64,000 bases of DNA from the human T2T-CHM13v2.0 reference genome, Homo sapiens: NCBI RefSeq assembly GCF_009914755.1, contig NC_060929.1, one strand, 5' to 3'. The position numbers were made by a program, and so were the translations under genes. Positions 1 through 14,110 of the stretch are shown piece by piece. A model generated the notes under the pieces. The model did not search any database, was not told where the DNA came from, and saw nothing but the letters and a program-made list of their open reading frames with translations. The stretch's first letter is position 1, and each line of letters begins with the position of its first letter.

Positions 1-44
1 TTTCTGTTTGGATCTTGGAATCTAGTATACAGTCTGGAGTCATG

Positions 45-200
45 TGCCTCAAAGCATGGTTAGAATAACCCGGGGCGCTTGTTTACATTGACATTTCTGG
101 GCTCTGTGGGTCTACTCAGTCAGGCTCGCTGCCTGGGAATCTGCATTTCTGATTTATTTTGCAGGTAATTATTATGTGAACAGTGATCTAAGAACCACTG
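45..200. mobile_element. MER5-like hAT-Charlie MITE, diverged
   Basis: Motifs ttagaataaccc...gcttgtttaca, ctgggaatctgcatt and terminal taagaaccactg are typical of MER5A/B. Confidence 0.55.
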
Positions 201-982
201 GCCCAGAGAATGGGCCATATGCAAGGATTTTCTAGGACAGAGAAAAATGATATTGAGAGGAATATGGATTGGGATGTAGGCGAATATTAGAATTAGAAAG
301 AAGAAGCTCAAAGCAGTGAGTTCAAAAGGGAGATTTTATTGTCGTGATTAAATTAGCTTTTAAAAATCCAGTTTTGACTTTCCAAGTCTTTGCAATTTGA
401 CTTTGTGTTGAGTTTTCAACAAATGTTTTTGTTTTAAAATCATGCAAAAGGCATTTTTACTTTTGCGTGATTTAGTTTTGCATGATTTACTTTTGCAAGA
501 AAAAAATCATTCCCAGATAGCTGTGGATCCTTGTGCCAATTTTTCTACCTCTTTGAGCCTCAGTTTTCTTTCTCTTCCAATTGTATAATTCTGTTATTTT
601 TATCAGGTGGAGCAGGACACGAGAAAAGTATCCCACTCTTATAATCATAGAGGAAATAAGAGTAGATGAGTAATAAAGACTAATTTCATGGTAATTTCCT
701 AATGTTTACATATTATGACTCCAAGTATGTTGTATATCCCCACACATACCATTCGTAGTGGCTCATTGTAGATTTATTACCGTGTATGCAGTGAGGAAGG
801 ATTTCAAAGAACTCTTCATACATCAGGAGTAGATATTAAAAATACCTTTTCACAGCTGGTTTTCCCAGAATACTTATTGAGAAACAAACCTGAGTCTTTT
901 TCCTTTTTTGGAGCAACTGTTCCTTTGTTGCAGGGGCATTGGAGAGGCAGAGCACTGTCTTGCTTCCCCAGAGAGATATGGT

Positions 983-1440
983 ATCATTTAGGATGCTTTG
1001 AGCTGCAAGAAACAGAAAATCCAATTGAAAATGGCTTAAACAATAAGGAGATCTGTTGTGTCATGACACAGAATCTGTCCTGAGAGTTGGTTAGTTTCTC
1101 AGCTCATGAAGGACTCAGGTTATTTTCATGTTCCTGCTCAGCCAGCGTCTTGTGTTGGCTAGCTCCTCGCAGAGTCCCAGCATACTTTATTGTGTCCTTG
1201 CATGTTAGTGCTTGTCCAGAAGCAGAAAAGGCATTATTTCTTCTCTGAGTCCCTTTTTAAGGGCTAGGATGATACTTTTCCCAGACATCTTCCAGCACAC
1301 TTTATGTCACATCTCATTGGTCCAGAGCAGTCATTGAGGACCACCATGATTATTTTCCACCCAACAAGATTTATCTGAGCCACTTGTGGGAGGATTGGAT
1401 ATCAGAATAAAGGCAGAGCTTTGACAGAATAAAGACAGCC
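983..1440. mobile_element. MLT1 (ERVL-MaLR) LTR fragment, J/K-like
   Basis: tttaggatgctttgagctgcaagaaacagaaaatccaattgaaaatggcttaaacaataagg resembles an MLT1J/K terminus. Confidence 0.55.
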
Positions 1441-2599
1441 CACGGTGTCTACAGCAAGTAGTCTTGGTAAATCACATTCAACAGAGAGTATTAAGTCTAT
1501 TGCATGGTGTGCTAACACAATCAAGATATATAGGACAAAAAAGACCAATTTTTGTAGGAGAGATGAGTACATCTGCAGTGTGGGCACATAGGCACTAAAT
1601 TACAAGATTTTAGCTGGTGGGAGGTAAGAGAGGGTAATGAAGAGGGCAAAATTGACTTTACTCCATTGCCTCTTGCTGATTCCCTATGTGTTCTTTTCAT
1701 TACCCAATTGTCTAATGTTTATTTTGATCATCTGTTATATGTTGTGACTTTCCAAAATGGACAAAATTCTGTAGATCACTGGGATTATAAAGGAATATTG
1801 TGGGGAAAATGCTTGGCATACAAGTGAGACCTTATCAAAATATGTAGACTCTGTTGGCAGAATTATCAAGAATTAAGCATGTTGTAGCTTGGGTTTTTTT
1901 TTTTTTTTTTTGGTTCCTGTGACTTGAGTCTGAGTACTTCCAGGCATCTCTGCAAATCAAAAAGGGATGTATTCATATTTCTTTAATGATCTAGAAACAG
2001 TGAATTGGGTTCATATACAAATGCTTGTGGTTATAAAAAAAAGTCTTGCCAGGCATTGGCACCAAGGAGGATGAGCCCTAGTGGTTCAGTAGCATTCCTT
2101 GAAGTTCTTAAGAAGGGTTCAAAATAAAAGAAAGTGAACATTAATACTTAACATAAGCACATTTTAGATACTCTAATATTCCCTCTTTTTCCATCCCAAA
2201 TCTAGAAGATAAGATTTAACTTACCAATGAGCTGTTAAACATGAGAAGTGCTAGTTATTCATTTGCCATCAAGACTAGTCCAAATAAAATAGCCGTAGAA
2301 TTTTACAAAACACATTTAAAGAAAACAGTATGTTGTGATGATGGCTTAGATGGAAAGCTCCTGTGAGTTTCTCTGGCTGCCTTCCCTCAGCCATACACCC
2401 TGGCTCCGGAACCTTTGTTCTCTCTAGTAACCACTGAACACCGCAGTGCTGCCAGTGCAGGATTGCTTGGCCGCTGGGCCACTGGTGGTATGGCCTGATA
2501 CCCCCACGCAGCCACATTGACCCCATTCTCCAGTCCTATCGGGCTTTTCCCTCACTGACTCCCACCGGGAACTCAGAGTTCTAGTGATTTTAACCCTTT

Positions 2600-3350
2600 T
2601 CTATCTCTTGAATCTGTCTACTTTTCTCTGTCTCCATCAGTACTCCTGTAGTCCAAGCTGCCATTGTGTCTTTCCCACGCTGCTTGCGAAGGCCTCCTCC
2701 CTATTGCTCTGGCTGGTGGAGCTCTGGCTCCTCTCCAGTCCACAGAGTGCATGTTGTGCTTCCAGGGAACTTTGAAAACTGCAAATCTCAGCATGTGATT
2801 CCCCTGCTTAAAAAAACTTCAAAGGCAGCTTCCCCATTGCTCTTAAGATAAAACCCTGGAAATGGCCTCCAAAGCCCTGTCTGGACCAGACGTTTTTGGA
2901 ATTTGCAGTTTCATCTTGTGTCTGTTTCTCATGATCACCATCCTGTTCCTACTGCATGGCACACAATAGACGCTCATGAATATTTGTTGGGCAAATGCAT
3001 GAAGAGTCTCTTGACCGCTTCTCAAATACCCACCTCCCTGCTCCATCCTTTTACCTTTTGCAATTCATTTTCTCCTGTCTGGAATGGCCCCTCCCCAGCC
3101 TCTGCCTGCCAAAGGCTACCTCATTCTTCTAGCTTCAGCTCAAATGTCAATGTCACTGCCAACAAGAATCCTTCCTGCCACAAGTGCCCTCTTGCTTTCC
3201 TGAGCTCCCACAGCCTTTGCTTGTTCGTCTCTTTTAGCATGTATCACATTCCACCTGGTGGGACAGTTTGCCCAGGTATGTATCTCTCCCTCCTGTGACA
3301 TCTTAAGCTCTCAGGGGATGGGCAGTCTGTCTCCCTTGTCTTTGTTTCTT
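2600..3350 (+). mobile_element. L2 LINE 3' fragments
   Basis: L2 motifs gaatctgtctacttttctc, caaatctcagcatgtgattcccctgcttaaaa and cacaatagacgctcatgaatatttgttg. Confidence 0.65.
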
Positions 3351-3354
3351 ACCT

Positions 3355-3671
3355 AGAAGTTACAAACGAAGCCCATGGCCAGAGCAGCCCACACATGTGT
3401 TTGGTGGTGGTGGTATCCTACACATTACTGTTTTGAAACTTTGAACAGGTTTCCAACATCTTTAAAGGGGGCGATTTTACTTGAAAAATTCGTATCTCAC
3501 CACTGACAATTGGCTGGAGCTGAGTAGAAGCCACACCCTATCCCCCAGGGTGTGCCTTCTCCAGTTTGCCTTAGTTCCTAACAGTCCCTGTTGTCTCTTG
3601 CTCCCGGCCTACTTCATTCAGGTCTCCTACCTGCCTGGCCGTGTTGTAGGCATTTGGGTTTTCAATCCTTG
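3355..3671 (-). mobile_element. MER102-like hAT DNA transposon
   Basis: End cctgcctggccgtgttgtaggcatttgggttttcaatccttg resembles the reverse complement of the MER102 start. Length about 320 bp. Confidence 0.55.
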
Positions 3672-5403
3672 CCTACCTATTGGCTTATGCCAAAAGAGGA
3701 GCTCGATGTTTGGTGAATCACATAAATGAGCAAGCAGAAATGGGCTAAGGGAGTTACTTCCTTGACTGGCTCTTTTTTTTTTTTTTTCTCCTGGAAGATT
3801 TATTATTTCTGATAGATGGGAGGTCCATGAAAGAAGTGAGTGATACCGCTTCCTGGCCTATTTATGGGTATGGGGCAGGAAGAAGAGTGCATTTTTTTTA
3901 AGACTAAGAATGGGATTCTCAAAGGACCTTCTCCAGCTATTTTTGGCAGAGTCAAAGGAAAATCTATTTAAAGGGACATTGCACAGAGCACAACGACATA
4001 TTTTAAAGCAAACAGACAACTTAGCACTTTAAATTAATGGAAATGGAAAGGAAGAAATCAGAGCTCAACATTATTTAGCCTCACCGCCAGACCTTTGCTT
4101 ACTTTCAACCCAAGAATTTGTCTGTTCTGTGGCTTTGTAGCCTTTAGAGATAGGAGAGAGAAAGATATCAGTTCAGTTTAAATTTTTTGCCTTAAAAAAC
4201 CCAACAACATTTCTGAATTCAAGGAACTAAATCTTTCACATCACATGTAACGCCCATTCTGAAAGGGGAAATGCTTGACTTCAAGCTGTTAATGTTCAGC
4301 AGTCTTAGAGCTCCTTTGATTTGGGTCTCTTGTTTGTTTTGAGTTGTTCCACTTATGTTTGGATTTATTTTCTCAATAAATTTCCTGTTTTCTGATTCAT
4401 CTCTTCCTTTTCTGAGTCCATGGAATCCCCTCCCAAATTAAGGGAGGAGTGGGAGGAAGACACTCTGTTTTTCTTACTTGGTGCCGCCTTTAATTTTGGG
4501 AGTATTATAAAAGTGAGAGAGTATCAGCAAACATGAACATGACTCAGTTTCTTCCTTGCTAATCCTAGCAGAGCTTAGATTTCTTATACATTGGCCTTGG
4601 GAGCGTGTTCTTCATGAAATGCCTCTCTTTTTGGCTGAGTGGTGGTGGATAAATTGATTCGCTCACACTGTTTTGGGCACTGGAGTCCTCTCTTGCTGCA
4701 TCCTCTTTGAATTGCATCATGAGTGTTATCTGCGATACTTATGTTCTTACATTGACTGGTTACTCACCAGCTCTTCAGAACAATTGTGGCTGAAACGTGG
4801 CAGCTGGCAGACTTCTACGTATATGAAGTTAATCCATGGGGCATAAGAGCACAGTGGTGAAGAGAGAACATTCTGTAGCCAAACTGCCTGATTTTGATCT
4901 CATCTCTTATGTAACCTTGCATGTGAATTATTTCTCTCTGCCTGAGTTTCCTAATCTGAAAAAGATGATAATAATTGTATCAGAAAGTTTTAACTTCGCA
5001 CATCAGGTTTTCTTGGCTTCTCCTGTTTGTATTGCAGCCACCACTGAGATGACCACTTCTGTGTGGGCTCCGCTGCCCTTCCTGCAAGTGCAGCCTGGTA
5101 GCCTGGAGCCTCATGCCTGCGTTTCTTACCTCCCACCCTAGGGAGGCATGACACAAAATGGCATTCACACACGGATACGCTGGGACAAGGGGAAGTTAAA
5201 AAACTCTGAGGGGAAAACCTTTGGCCAGTGGGAGAAGGGAGCTGAGTATCTCAGAAGCAATTGTTCAACAGCCTCTTTGAAGATGGTCTCAAGAGATTGA
5301 GCAATTGTGTTAGTGCTTGAACCAGGTGGGGTCTAGCTTCTCTTCTCCGCCTCATTCCCCCAAGAATCCCCTGGTAAAGTAGTGTCAGGTAAGCCTTTAT
5401 GTA

Positions 5404-5748
5404 CAGTCATGCGCCACATAACAACGTGTCTATCAACGATGAACCACATATATGACAGTGGTCCCTTAAGATTATATCATGTTTTTACTCTATAGTTTCT
5501 ATGTTTAGCTATGTTTAGATGCACAAGTACTTCCCATTGTGTCACAGTTGCCTACAGTGTTCAGTACAAACATGCTGTGTGGGTTTGTAGCCGAGGAGCA
5601 ATAGGCTATACCACAGAGCCTAGGTGTGCAGCAGGCTCGACCATCTATCTGGGTTTGTGCAAATGCACTCTATGATGTTCACACAGCAATGAAATTGCCT
5701 AATGACATATTTCTCAGCATATCTCCATTGTTAAGCGATGCGTGACTA
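5404..5748 (+). mobile_element. Tigger3a (MER7A) TcMar MITE, full length
   Basis: Terminal inverted repeats cagtcatgcg...gcgtgacta flanked by TA (5402-5403 and 5749-5750). About 345 bp, with internal gaggagcaataggctatacc motif. Confidence 0.85.
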
Positions 5749-7253
5749 TACTTCAAGTCTCTTCTTTCTGGAAAACCTAAAGTAATACAGTAATAGTGCC
5801 CACCCTTTTAGAGTTGTGCAGATTAAATTAATCTACACAAAGTTCTTAGAAGAGTGCCTGGCACATAATACACCTTCCATAAATGTTAATTTCTACAATC
5901 TGTTGGAGAAATCCGGGAACGGGAGAAAGAAGATGATAGAGCTGGTTTTAGGGTATGGGAAATTGGGGCAGTTGTTGAAACCAAAATAAGTCATTCTTGC
6001 TGACTAGATGGGGCTTTCTTCATAGTTTTGTTATTGGCAAGCAAAACCCTGAGGGCTGGATGCTGAAAACATAGCACACACAGCTCTTGTCCACTTGGGA
6101 GATTTCTGTGTGTGCATGTGTTTATTTTTGCCTTGCTTGTGTTTGCTTGGCAGTTTGTGTGCATTTGGCCCAAAGGGCTGAGCATCTCTCCCTTCCTAGC
6201 AGAAGATGAGCCAGCACAGGGCCAGCTGGGAGAAAGAGCTGTTCATATCTGGTTTCAGGTCCTACCTTATTGCAAGTCTCACACTTCCCTGTGAATATCA
6301 GGGCTCTTCGTGATTCAAATGCTCTGTGGGGTGGTGCACCTGTTTGAAGGAACAAGCCACGTAGGGCTGATTTCCATGGAGGTTACCTCCCCCTCCCCCT
6401 CCTCTGCCCCTCCCCCTCCCGCTTCTGCTTCTTGGTGTCGCAAGGCTGATTTCATCTCCGATGCAGCTGTCTTTGCTAGAGTTTAATAACTCTTAATTTC
6501 CTGGAGGGGGATGGCGCGTTATATCATGAAGACTCATCTTTGTCTGCGTGGTCTGGAAATTTCCACTCATCTTTGTGATCTTTGAGATGTTTCCCTTTGT
6601 GGGGGAGTCTGACTTTCCTTCTGTTTTACTCAGTTTGACTGCCCTCTCAGATGTCATTCCCAGATTAAACATGACCATCCACTGTGAAAACGGCCCTCTT
6701 GACCTTCCAGTTTCCCCCTGGGAGCAGTCTTCACATGGATTTCCTTTCCCGAGTTACTGAAATCTGTATTGAAGTATTAATCTATACTCTAAAGAAGGTC
6801 ATGCCTATATTCAGCTTCATTCTGTTTTGGTAGATATTTTTTCACTTTTGCAGTTTCAGTCCAAGAAAGGGCTTGAACAAAAGTTCAGGGGGTTTGAATT
6901 TTGGTATCAGTCTTTTCTGCTTCCACACATACACAGGAAAGTTTTTCTTCCAGCAGTTTAGCATCCTGATTTATTTCGTGTTTCCAATTTGGTATTATAA
7001 GTCACTATTCTTGATTCTCTTCAGTAGGCGGTAAAGGAACACAAAATGTTGGGTCTTGTTGGTGTATTGCAAGCAGGTCTTGCTATGTACTTGGAGATGC
7101 CTAGAATTGGGTAGAATAGGGTCACTATTTTATTAAAGTCAGATATTCCATGAGAAAATGGGGCACCCTAGGCCTCAAAAATCAGTTTGTATATTAGTTC
7201 TTTGGCTGTAAGCAACAGATGTCAACTGTGGTTAATTTAAAACATAAAAACAG

Positions 7254-7560
7254 GGTCCAAGAGCAGTGGCTCATGCCTGTAATTCCAGCACTTGGGGAGG
7301 CCAAAGCAGGCAGATCACTTGAGGCCGGGAGTTCGAGACCAGCCTGGCCAACATGGTGAAACCCCATCTCTACTAAAAATACAAAAATTACCTGGGTGTG
7401 GTGGCATTTGCCTGTAGTCCCAGCTACTTGGGAGGCTGAGGTACGAGAATCGCTTGAGCCCAGGGAGGCAGAGGTTGCAGTGAGCCAAGACCATGCCACT
7501 ACACTTCAGCCTGGGTGAGAGAGCAACACCTTGTCTCAAGAAATAAAATAAAAAATAAAA
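7254..7560 (+). mobile_element. Alu (J/S), inserted in an MLT1-like LTR
   Basis: Dimeric Alu with central tactaaaaatacaaaaatta and an A-rich tail. Confidence 0.95.
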
Positions 7561-7699
7561 GGAATAAAATTTATTGAAAGGCTCCTGGGTCAATCACGTA
7601 ATGGAAAGTAGAATTGAACCATCAGACATCGCAAAGCAACCTCAAGGGCGCTTGTGGTACCTGGCATCCTACTACATTTCTCTAGGCCATTTCTTCTCT

Positions 7700-8748
7700 T
7701 CTAGATGATCATCTCAGATGTTGCTTTTCATTCCACAGAGAAAATAGATACAATCAGAAGAGAACTTCTGCAAGCTACCACCACAATATCCACACCTGTG
7801 CCTATGTTTCTGCCATCTCTCCTGTGCGACAGGGGAACCCAGTGCTCCTACCTAAAGGCATTCCCTTTCCTGGGACACTAGAGCCGATTGACTCCCCGTT
7901 GGATCTGTAAGGACTTGGGTGCTTGAGTAGTTTCTCCCTCTTTCTTCTACGCCATTAACTTTTCTGTCTCTACTAAATCTTTCCCATCAGCACATAAGCA
8001 TGTTGTAATTTATGCAATCCTTTGAAACATGAGAAAGGAAAAAGCAACAACTACAAAGAATCTTTCTCAATCCCATATCCCCTTTTAGGTACTATCCCAT
8101 TTTTCTGTGCTTTTCCCAGAAGAACTCAAATAGTTGTCTGTGCTTGCTGTTCCCAAATCCTCTCTTCCCACTCATTCTTTCTTGAACCTCAGGCTTTTTA
8201 TGCACACTAGTCCACTGAAATGCCTCATTATCAGTATTGCTGATGACCTCATGTTGCTGAATCAATTTCAGTGTTCCCTTCCTTAATTGCTCTGAAGGAT
8301 TTAACACAGATTCCCACTCTCTCCTCCTTGATAAGCTTTCTTCACTTGGCTTCCAGGACACCATACTCTCCTGGTTTTCCTCCTGCCTCCTTGACTTCTG
8401 CTTCTCAGTCCTGTTTGCTATGCCCCAGGACTCTGTCCTTCAGGCCTCAGACCTCATCTCCCCTCCTGCCATCCTCTCTCCTTCCCAATGAGGTCTTCCT
8501 CGATTGTTTTAAGATTGCAGTCTCCAGCTCCTTCACTCCCTACCTACTAGAATTGCTTAATTTTTTCCCATAACCATGTCAGTATCTAATATACTATATA
8601 TTTGATTTGTTTACTCGTTGTTTTCTTCTCCCCGAAATGTAAGCTCCACGAGGTTGGCAATTGCTGTCTGCTCTACACTACTGTATCCTTAGCAACTAGA
8701 TCAGTGCCTGCACTGCTCAATAAATATTTGTTGAATAAGTGAATGAGT
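7700..8748 (+). mobile_element. L2a LINE fragment with 3' end
   Basis: cacagagaaaatagatacaatcagaagagaac internal motif. 3' end ctcaataaatatttgttgaataagtgaatga. Confidence 0.75.
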
Positions 8749-10000
8749 GGAAAATATCCAGGTAACTCATGGGTAGCCCTTTTCAAGCACTACCTTTATG
8801 ATGTCTCAGTTCCAACTACCTTTGTCCCCTTGTGAATCTGCTGCAGGTTAACATTCCTAGTAAAAAGAGTTATAATGGTCTCTCCTGGGTAAGGTCCCCA
8901 CATCTGTACTAAGGCGGTAGTTGGGGACTCACCTGTCTTTCTTGATAGGACCACATGTAATGGGAGAAAGACATCCAACTGGAAATTTTCCAAGGAAAAA
9001 TTGGATGCCATCATTCAAAAGATGCCAAACAAGTAAAAATGTCAGCTGTTTATAGGAGTTGTGCTTGCTGAAATTCAGTTTTTTGCCTTAGAGAATTCCT
9101 GTTTTATATTAGAAGTTTCAGGTCTTGTTACAAATTTTAACTCTGTGATGGATCTTGTAAGTGCCTCAATAGCCCTATTATGCATCATTATGTGGAAGAT
9201 AAGACCATCATCATAATAAATACAAAACAGCAAACAGCATTCAGATATTTTCCTAATACTTGGTTACACAGCTTGGTTCCCCAGAAGCCTGATTCTGTTT
9301 TTTTGGGAGCTAGCACTTCCCAAAGGCCTGGGCTCCCTTCACAGCATGTCTTCAGATGTCCCCTGGGCCCAGAATTGTCTCCAGTGGTGTTTGGTGGAGT
9401 GCCGATGGTAGCTTCTTGGTTCACCAGTCCTCAGAATCCAGCACATTTAAACCTGTTTTTTTTAAGTCACCAGGCAAATGTGGGGGGGTTCCCATGTCAA
9501 ATATGTCTCTCAGGCTAGGTGGTTAGTCAGGTTTTCTTGTTCTCTGTATTAAAAGATAATCTTGCCATTTTGCTACTTTAAGAACTACATTTCCCTTCAT
9601 AATAGAACTGCCACTTAAACTGCTTTGCATGCTACCTAGTTATGAGCTTCCCTTCCAAATGTTGTCTGTCCTACAAGGTCATTCTCCCCAGCCCTAACCA
9701 GATTGTTAATGAAGCAAAGAACACTGGCAAACATGTAGATTATCCCTTCTTTGTTATGTTATTAATATATAGTGACTCTTGACATAAATAGGCACATACC
9801 TACGCATAAATTTAACTAAGACGATTGAAAACTTCTACAAGAGAAACTACAAAACACTGATGACAGAAATTGAAGAGAATACAAACAAATGGAAAGACAC
9901 CCCATGCTCATGGATCAGAAAAATTTATATTGTTAACAGGACAGCACTACCCAAAGCAATCTACAGATTCAGTGCAATCCCTATCGAAATACCAAGGACA

Positions 10001-10308
<308 letters not shown>

Positions 10309-10372
10309 GGGACATTCTTCACAAACATAGAAATAAAAAGTCCTAAAACTTATATGGGACCACAAAAGACCG

Positions 10373-10692
10373 TGAATAGCAAAAGCAGTCCTAAGAAAGA
10401 ACAAAGCTAGTGGTATCACACTACCCAACCTCAAAATATACTACAAAGCTGTAGTAACCAAAGCGGCATGGTACTGGCATAAAAGCAGGCCTATAGACCA
10501 ATGGAACAGAATAGAGAACCCCTAAATTAATCTGAATAGCAAAAGCAGTCCTGAGAAAGAACAAAGCTAGAGGTATCACACTACCTGACCTCAAAATATA
10601 CTACGAAGCTGTAGTAACCAAAGCAGCATGGTACTGGCATAAAAGCAGGCCCATAGACCAATGGAACAGAATAGAGAATCCATAAATGAATC
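10373..10692 (+). repeat. 160-bp tandem duplication within L1 ORF2
   Basis: Copies at 10373-10532 and 10533-10692 both begin tgaatagcaaaagcagtcct. 10 mismatches by manual count. Confidence 0.92.
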
Positions 10693-10925
10693 TACACATC
10701 TCCAGCCAGTTTATTTTTGACAAAGGTGCCAAGAATACTTACTGGGGAAAGGATAATCTCTTCAATAAATGGTACTGGGAAAACTGGATAATCCACATGC
10801 AGAAGAATGAAGGTAGACCACCACCTCTCACTCTGTACAAAAATCAACTCAAAATGGATCAAAGTCCTCAATGTAGGACCCAAAACAATGAAACTACTAG
10901 AAGAAAACACAGGGGAAATGCTTCA

Positions 10926-11333
<408 letters not shown>

Positions 11334-13799
11334 TTACACAACAAAGAAAACAATAGAATGAAAAGAACACCTACAGAATGGGAGAAAATGTTTGCAAACT
11401 ACTTATCTGATCTATTATATACAAGGAACTCAAACATCTCAACAGGAAAAAAAAAAATCCCAATACAAAATGGGCAAGTGATCTGAACAGGTATTTCTCA
11501 AAAGAAGACAGATGGCCTGCAAATATATGAAAACATGTTCAATGTCACTAATCATCAGGGAAATGAAAATTAAAACCACAGTGAGGTATCATCTCTAGGA
11601 TGACTATTATCAGAAAGGCAAAAAAATAAATGCTGGAGAGAATGGGGAGAAAAGGGAGGTCTTATACACTATTGGTGGGAATGTTTTCCATAGTACAGCC
11701 ACTGTGGAAAGCAGTATGGAGGTTTCTTTAAAAACTGAAAATACAACAACATGATCCAGCAGTCCCACTACTGGAAACTATTCCAAAGGAAAGGAAATCA
11801 TTACATTGAAGAGACATCTGCACACTAATGTTTCTTGCACCACTATTCATGATAACCAAAATATGGTACCAACCTATGTGTCCAGCAGCAGATGAATGGA
11901 TAATATGTGGCATGTGTATATACACAATGGAATACTATTCAGCCATAAGAAAGAATGAAATCCTGTCATTTGCAGCAACATGGATGGAACTGAAGAACAT
12001 TATACTAAGTGAAGAAACAAAGTTAAATACTGCATATTCTCACTCATGTGGAAACTAAAAAAGGTCGATCTCATAGAAGTAAAAAGTAGAAGAGAATACA
12101 TAGAAGTAAAAAGTGAAAAAAGAAGTTACTAGAGACTGGTAAGAGTAGGGGAAAGGGAGGATAGGGAAGGATTTGTTAAAGATACAAAATTACAGCTAGA
12201 TAGGAGAAATATAGTCTAGTATTTTATACTACTCTAGGATGACTATAAATAGTTTCAAACAGCCAGTAGGAGGATGTTGAACATTAACAATGAATGTTTG
12301 AGGTGATGCATTTGCTGATTACCCTGGTCTGATCACCATACATTATGTGTAGCAGAACATCACTATGTACCCCATGAATATGTACAATTATAATTTGTCC
12401 ATTAAAAAAATAAAATTTAAAGAAGAAATTGTTTTAGTAATAGTTAAATCTGATCTTAGCTGAAACTTAAGGCAAACCTTTTACAAATATCTTGGTGCTT
12501 TTTGCTCCTTCTAATTTAGTTCCTCCTTAGGTGATGAGGGGAATCCAACTGAATTCCTAATAAACTAATCCATAAAGGACCCAGAATAGTGCCTCATTTT
12601 TTAAAAAAGTTTAAAGGTAAGTTCCAAAGCAAAAATTGTAAGTTACATGCCAGTAACTTTGGCATGTAAGGAGGCTGTCCTTGTATCCCTGTGTTCTTTG
12701 GGATTTGACAGCTTGTTGAAAACTATACTCTCTAGTGTTATTGATAAAGTTGGGAGCATCTCTGATTAAGCTGGCTCAGACTGAGCCAGACTGAGGTAAA
12801 GGAATGGGTCAGCCCAGCTGGCATCATTCATTTTGCCATGTATTAATATATTAAGTAATTGCTATGGAAAAGGCACTGACTTATCTATGAGGCTAATTAT
12901 TTATTTCCCTATTGGCGGTAGGGGAGAGCATTGGCCCAGCAGGCAAGAGGTTCTAATCCTGGTTTTTACTAACTCTTTTTATGTATGATCTTAGGCTAAT
13001 GTACCAGGCCTTCAGTTTCTTCATCTACAAAATGAAAGGGATTACTTTTGTATTTAAAAAGTATGTACACACACTGCAGTCAAGGAAAACTGTCTAGAAG
13101 GGTAGCCATCAGTATCTTAACTTGGGTTTTCTTCTCCTGGCTTCTTTATTTTTGAATTTTTATGAAATAACTGTGTGTGCTATTTAAAAAGTTGTAATTA
13201 TTTTTTAATGAGAGGAGCAGACTCTGTGACTCTGAGCTCCCGTTAACTTCGAAGACATCTATGATTTTATACAGCAGGACTGGGTAGGACAGGACAGTCA
13301 ATCCTTGGTTATTCGGAAACAGAATCCCTTTTGTCTGCTTTTGCTCCCTGACTTTTGTCTGCTTTTTGCTCATTTGCATTTTTACTGGAGAGTAGGCAGC
13401 AGAGAGAAAGAATACATTTTAGCAATGTAGAAATGGTGGTAAAACTTTTTATCTTAAAAAGGTTTTTGTGGATTTTTTTTCATTTTAACTAGTATTGCTA
13501 ATGACTTTTAAGTACACCAATTTTTTTTCTGACTTCCTTAGACATTAATTAGTTAATTAGTGACCTTTCCTGTTATATAGAACTGGTTTAAAATAAAAGA
13601 AAAATAATAATAACAAACTGTATTATTTTGTGTGTGTGTTTCTGCATTGTTTTTGTCCTACTTACAGGTACTGTAAGGATCCACTGACTTTTCGTCCATT
13701 ATAGAACTTTCTCTTCTCTTTTACTTCTCCTTCATCTATTTCAGTCTGTCTGGTATCCTGGCCTTTTTCCATTAATCTCTCTGCCCAGGTCTGCTAGAG

Positions 13800-14110
13800 A
13801 AGGGGTTGGAACACTCCATTGCTGGTTCTTGTATGACCTATAAGCTAATAATTTTTCTTAACATTTTAAAATAATTGAGAAAAAAATGCAAAGAAGAGTA
13901 ATACTTCATGACACATGAACATTATATGAAAGTCAGATCTCAGTGTTCATAAAGTTTTATTGGAACAGAGCCATGCTCATTTATTTATGTGTTACCTATG
14001 GCAGCCTTCGAGCTAGGATGGCAGGTTGAGAAGTTGCAAGAGAACCACATGGCCTGTAAAAGCTAAATATTTACTCTCTGGTCCTTTAGAGAAGGTCTGC
14101 CAGAACTCCT
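13800..14110 (+). mobile_element. MER58B-like hAT-Charlie MITE
   Basis: aggggttgg start, ataaagttttattggaacagagccatgctcatttattt and aaagctaaatatttactctctggtccttta core motifs. Confidence 0.75.

Noticed and set aside
12771-12789. Perfect 9-bp inverted repeat ctggctcag-a-ctgagccag
   Set aside because: Isolated, and expected by chance or local slippage in 64 kb. No supporting context.
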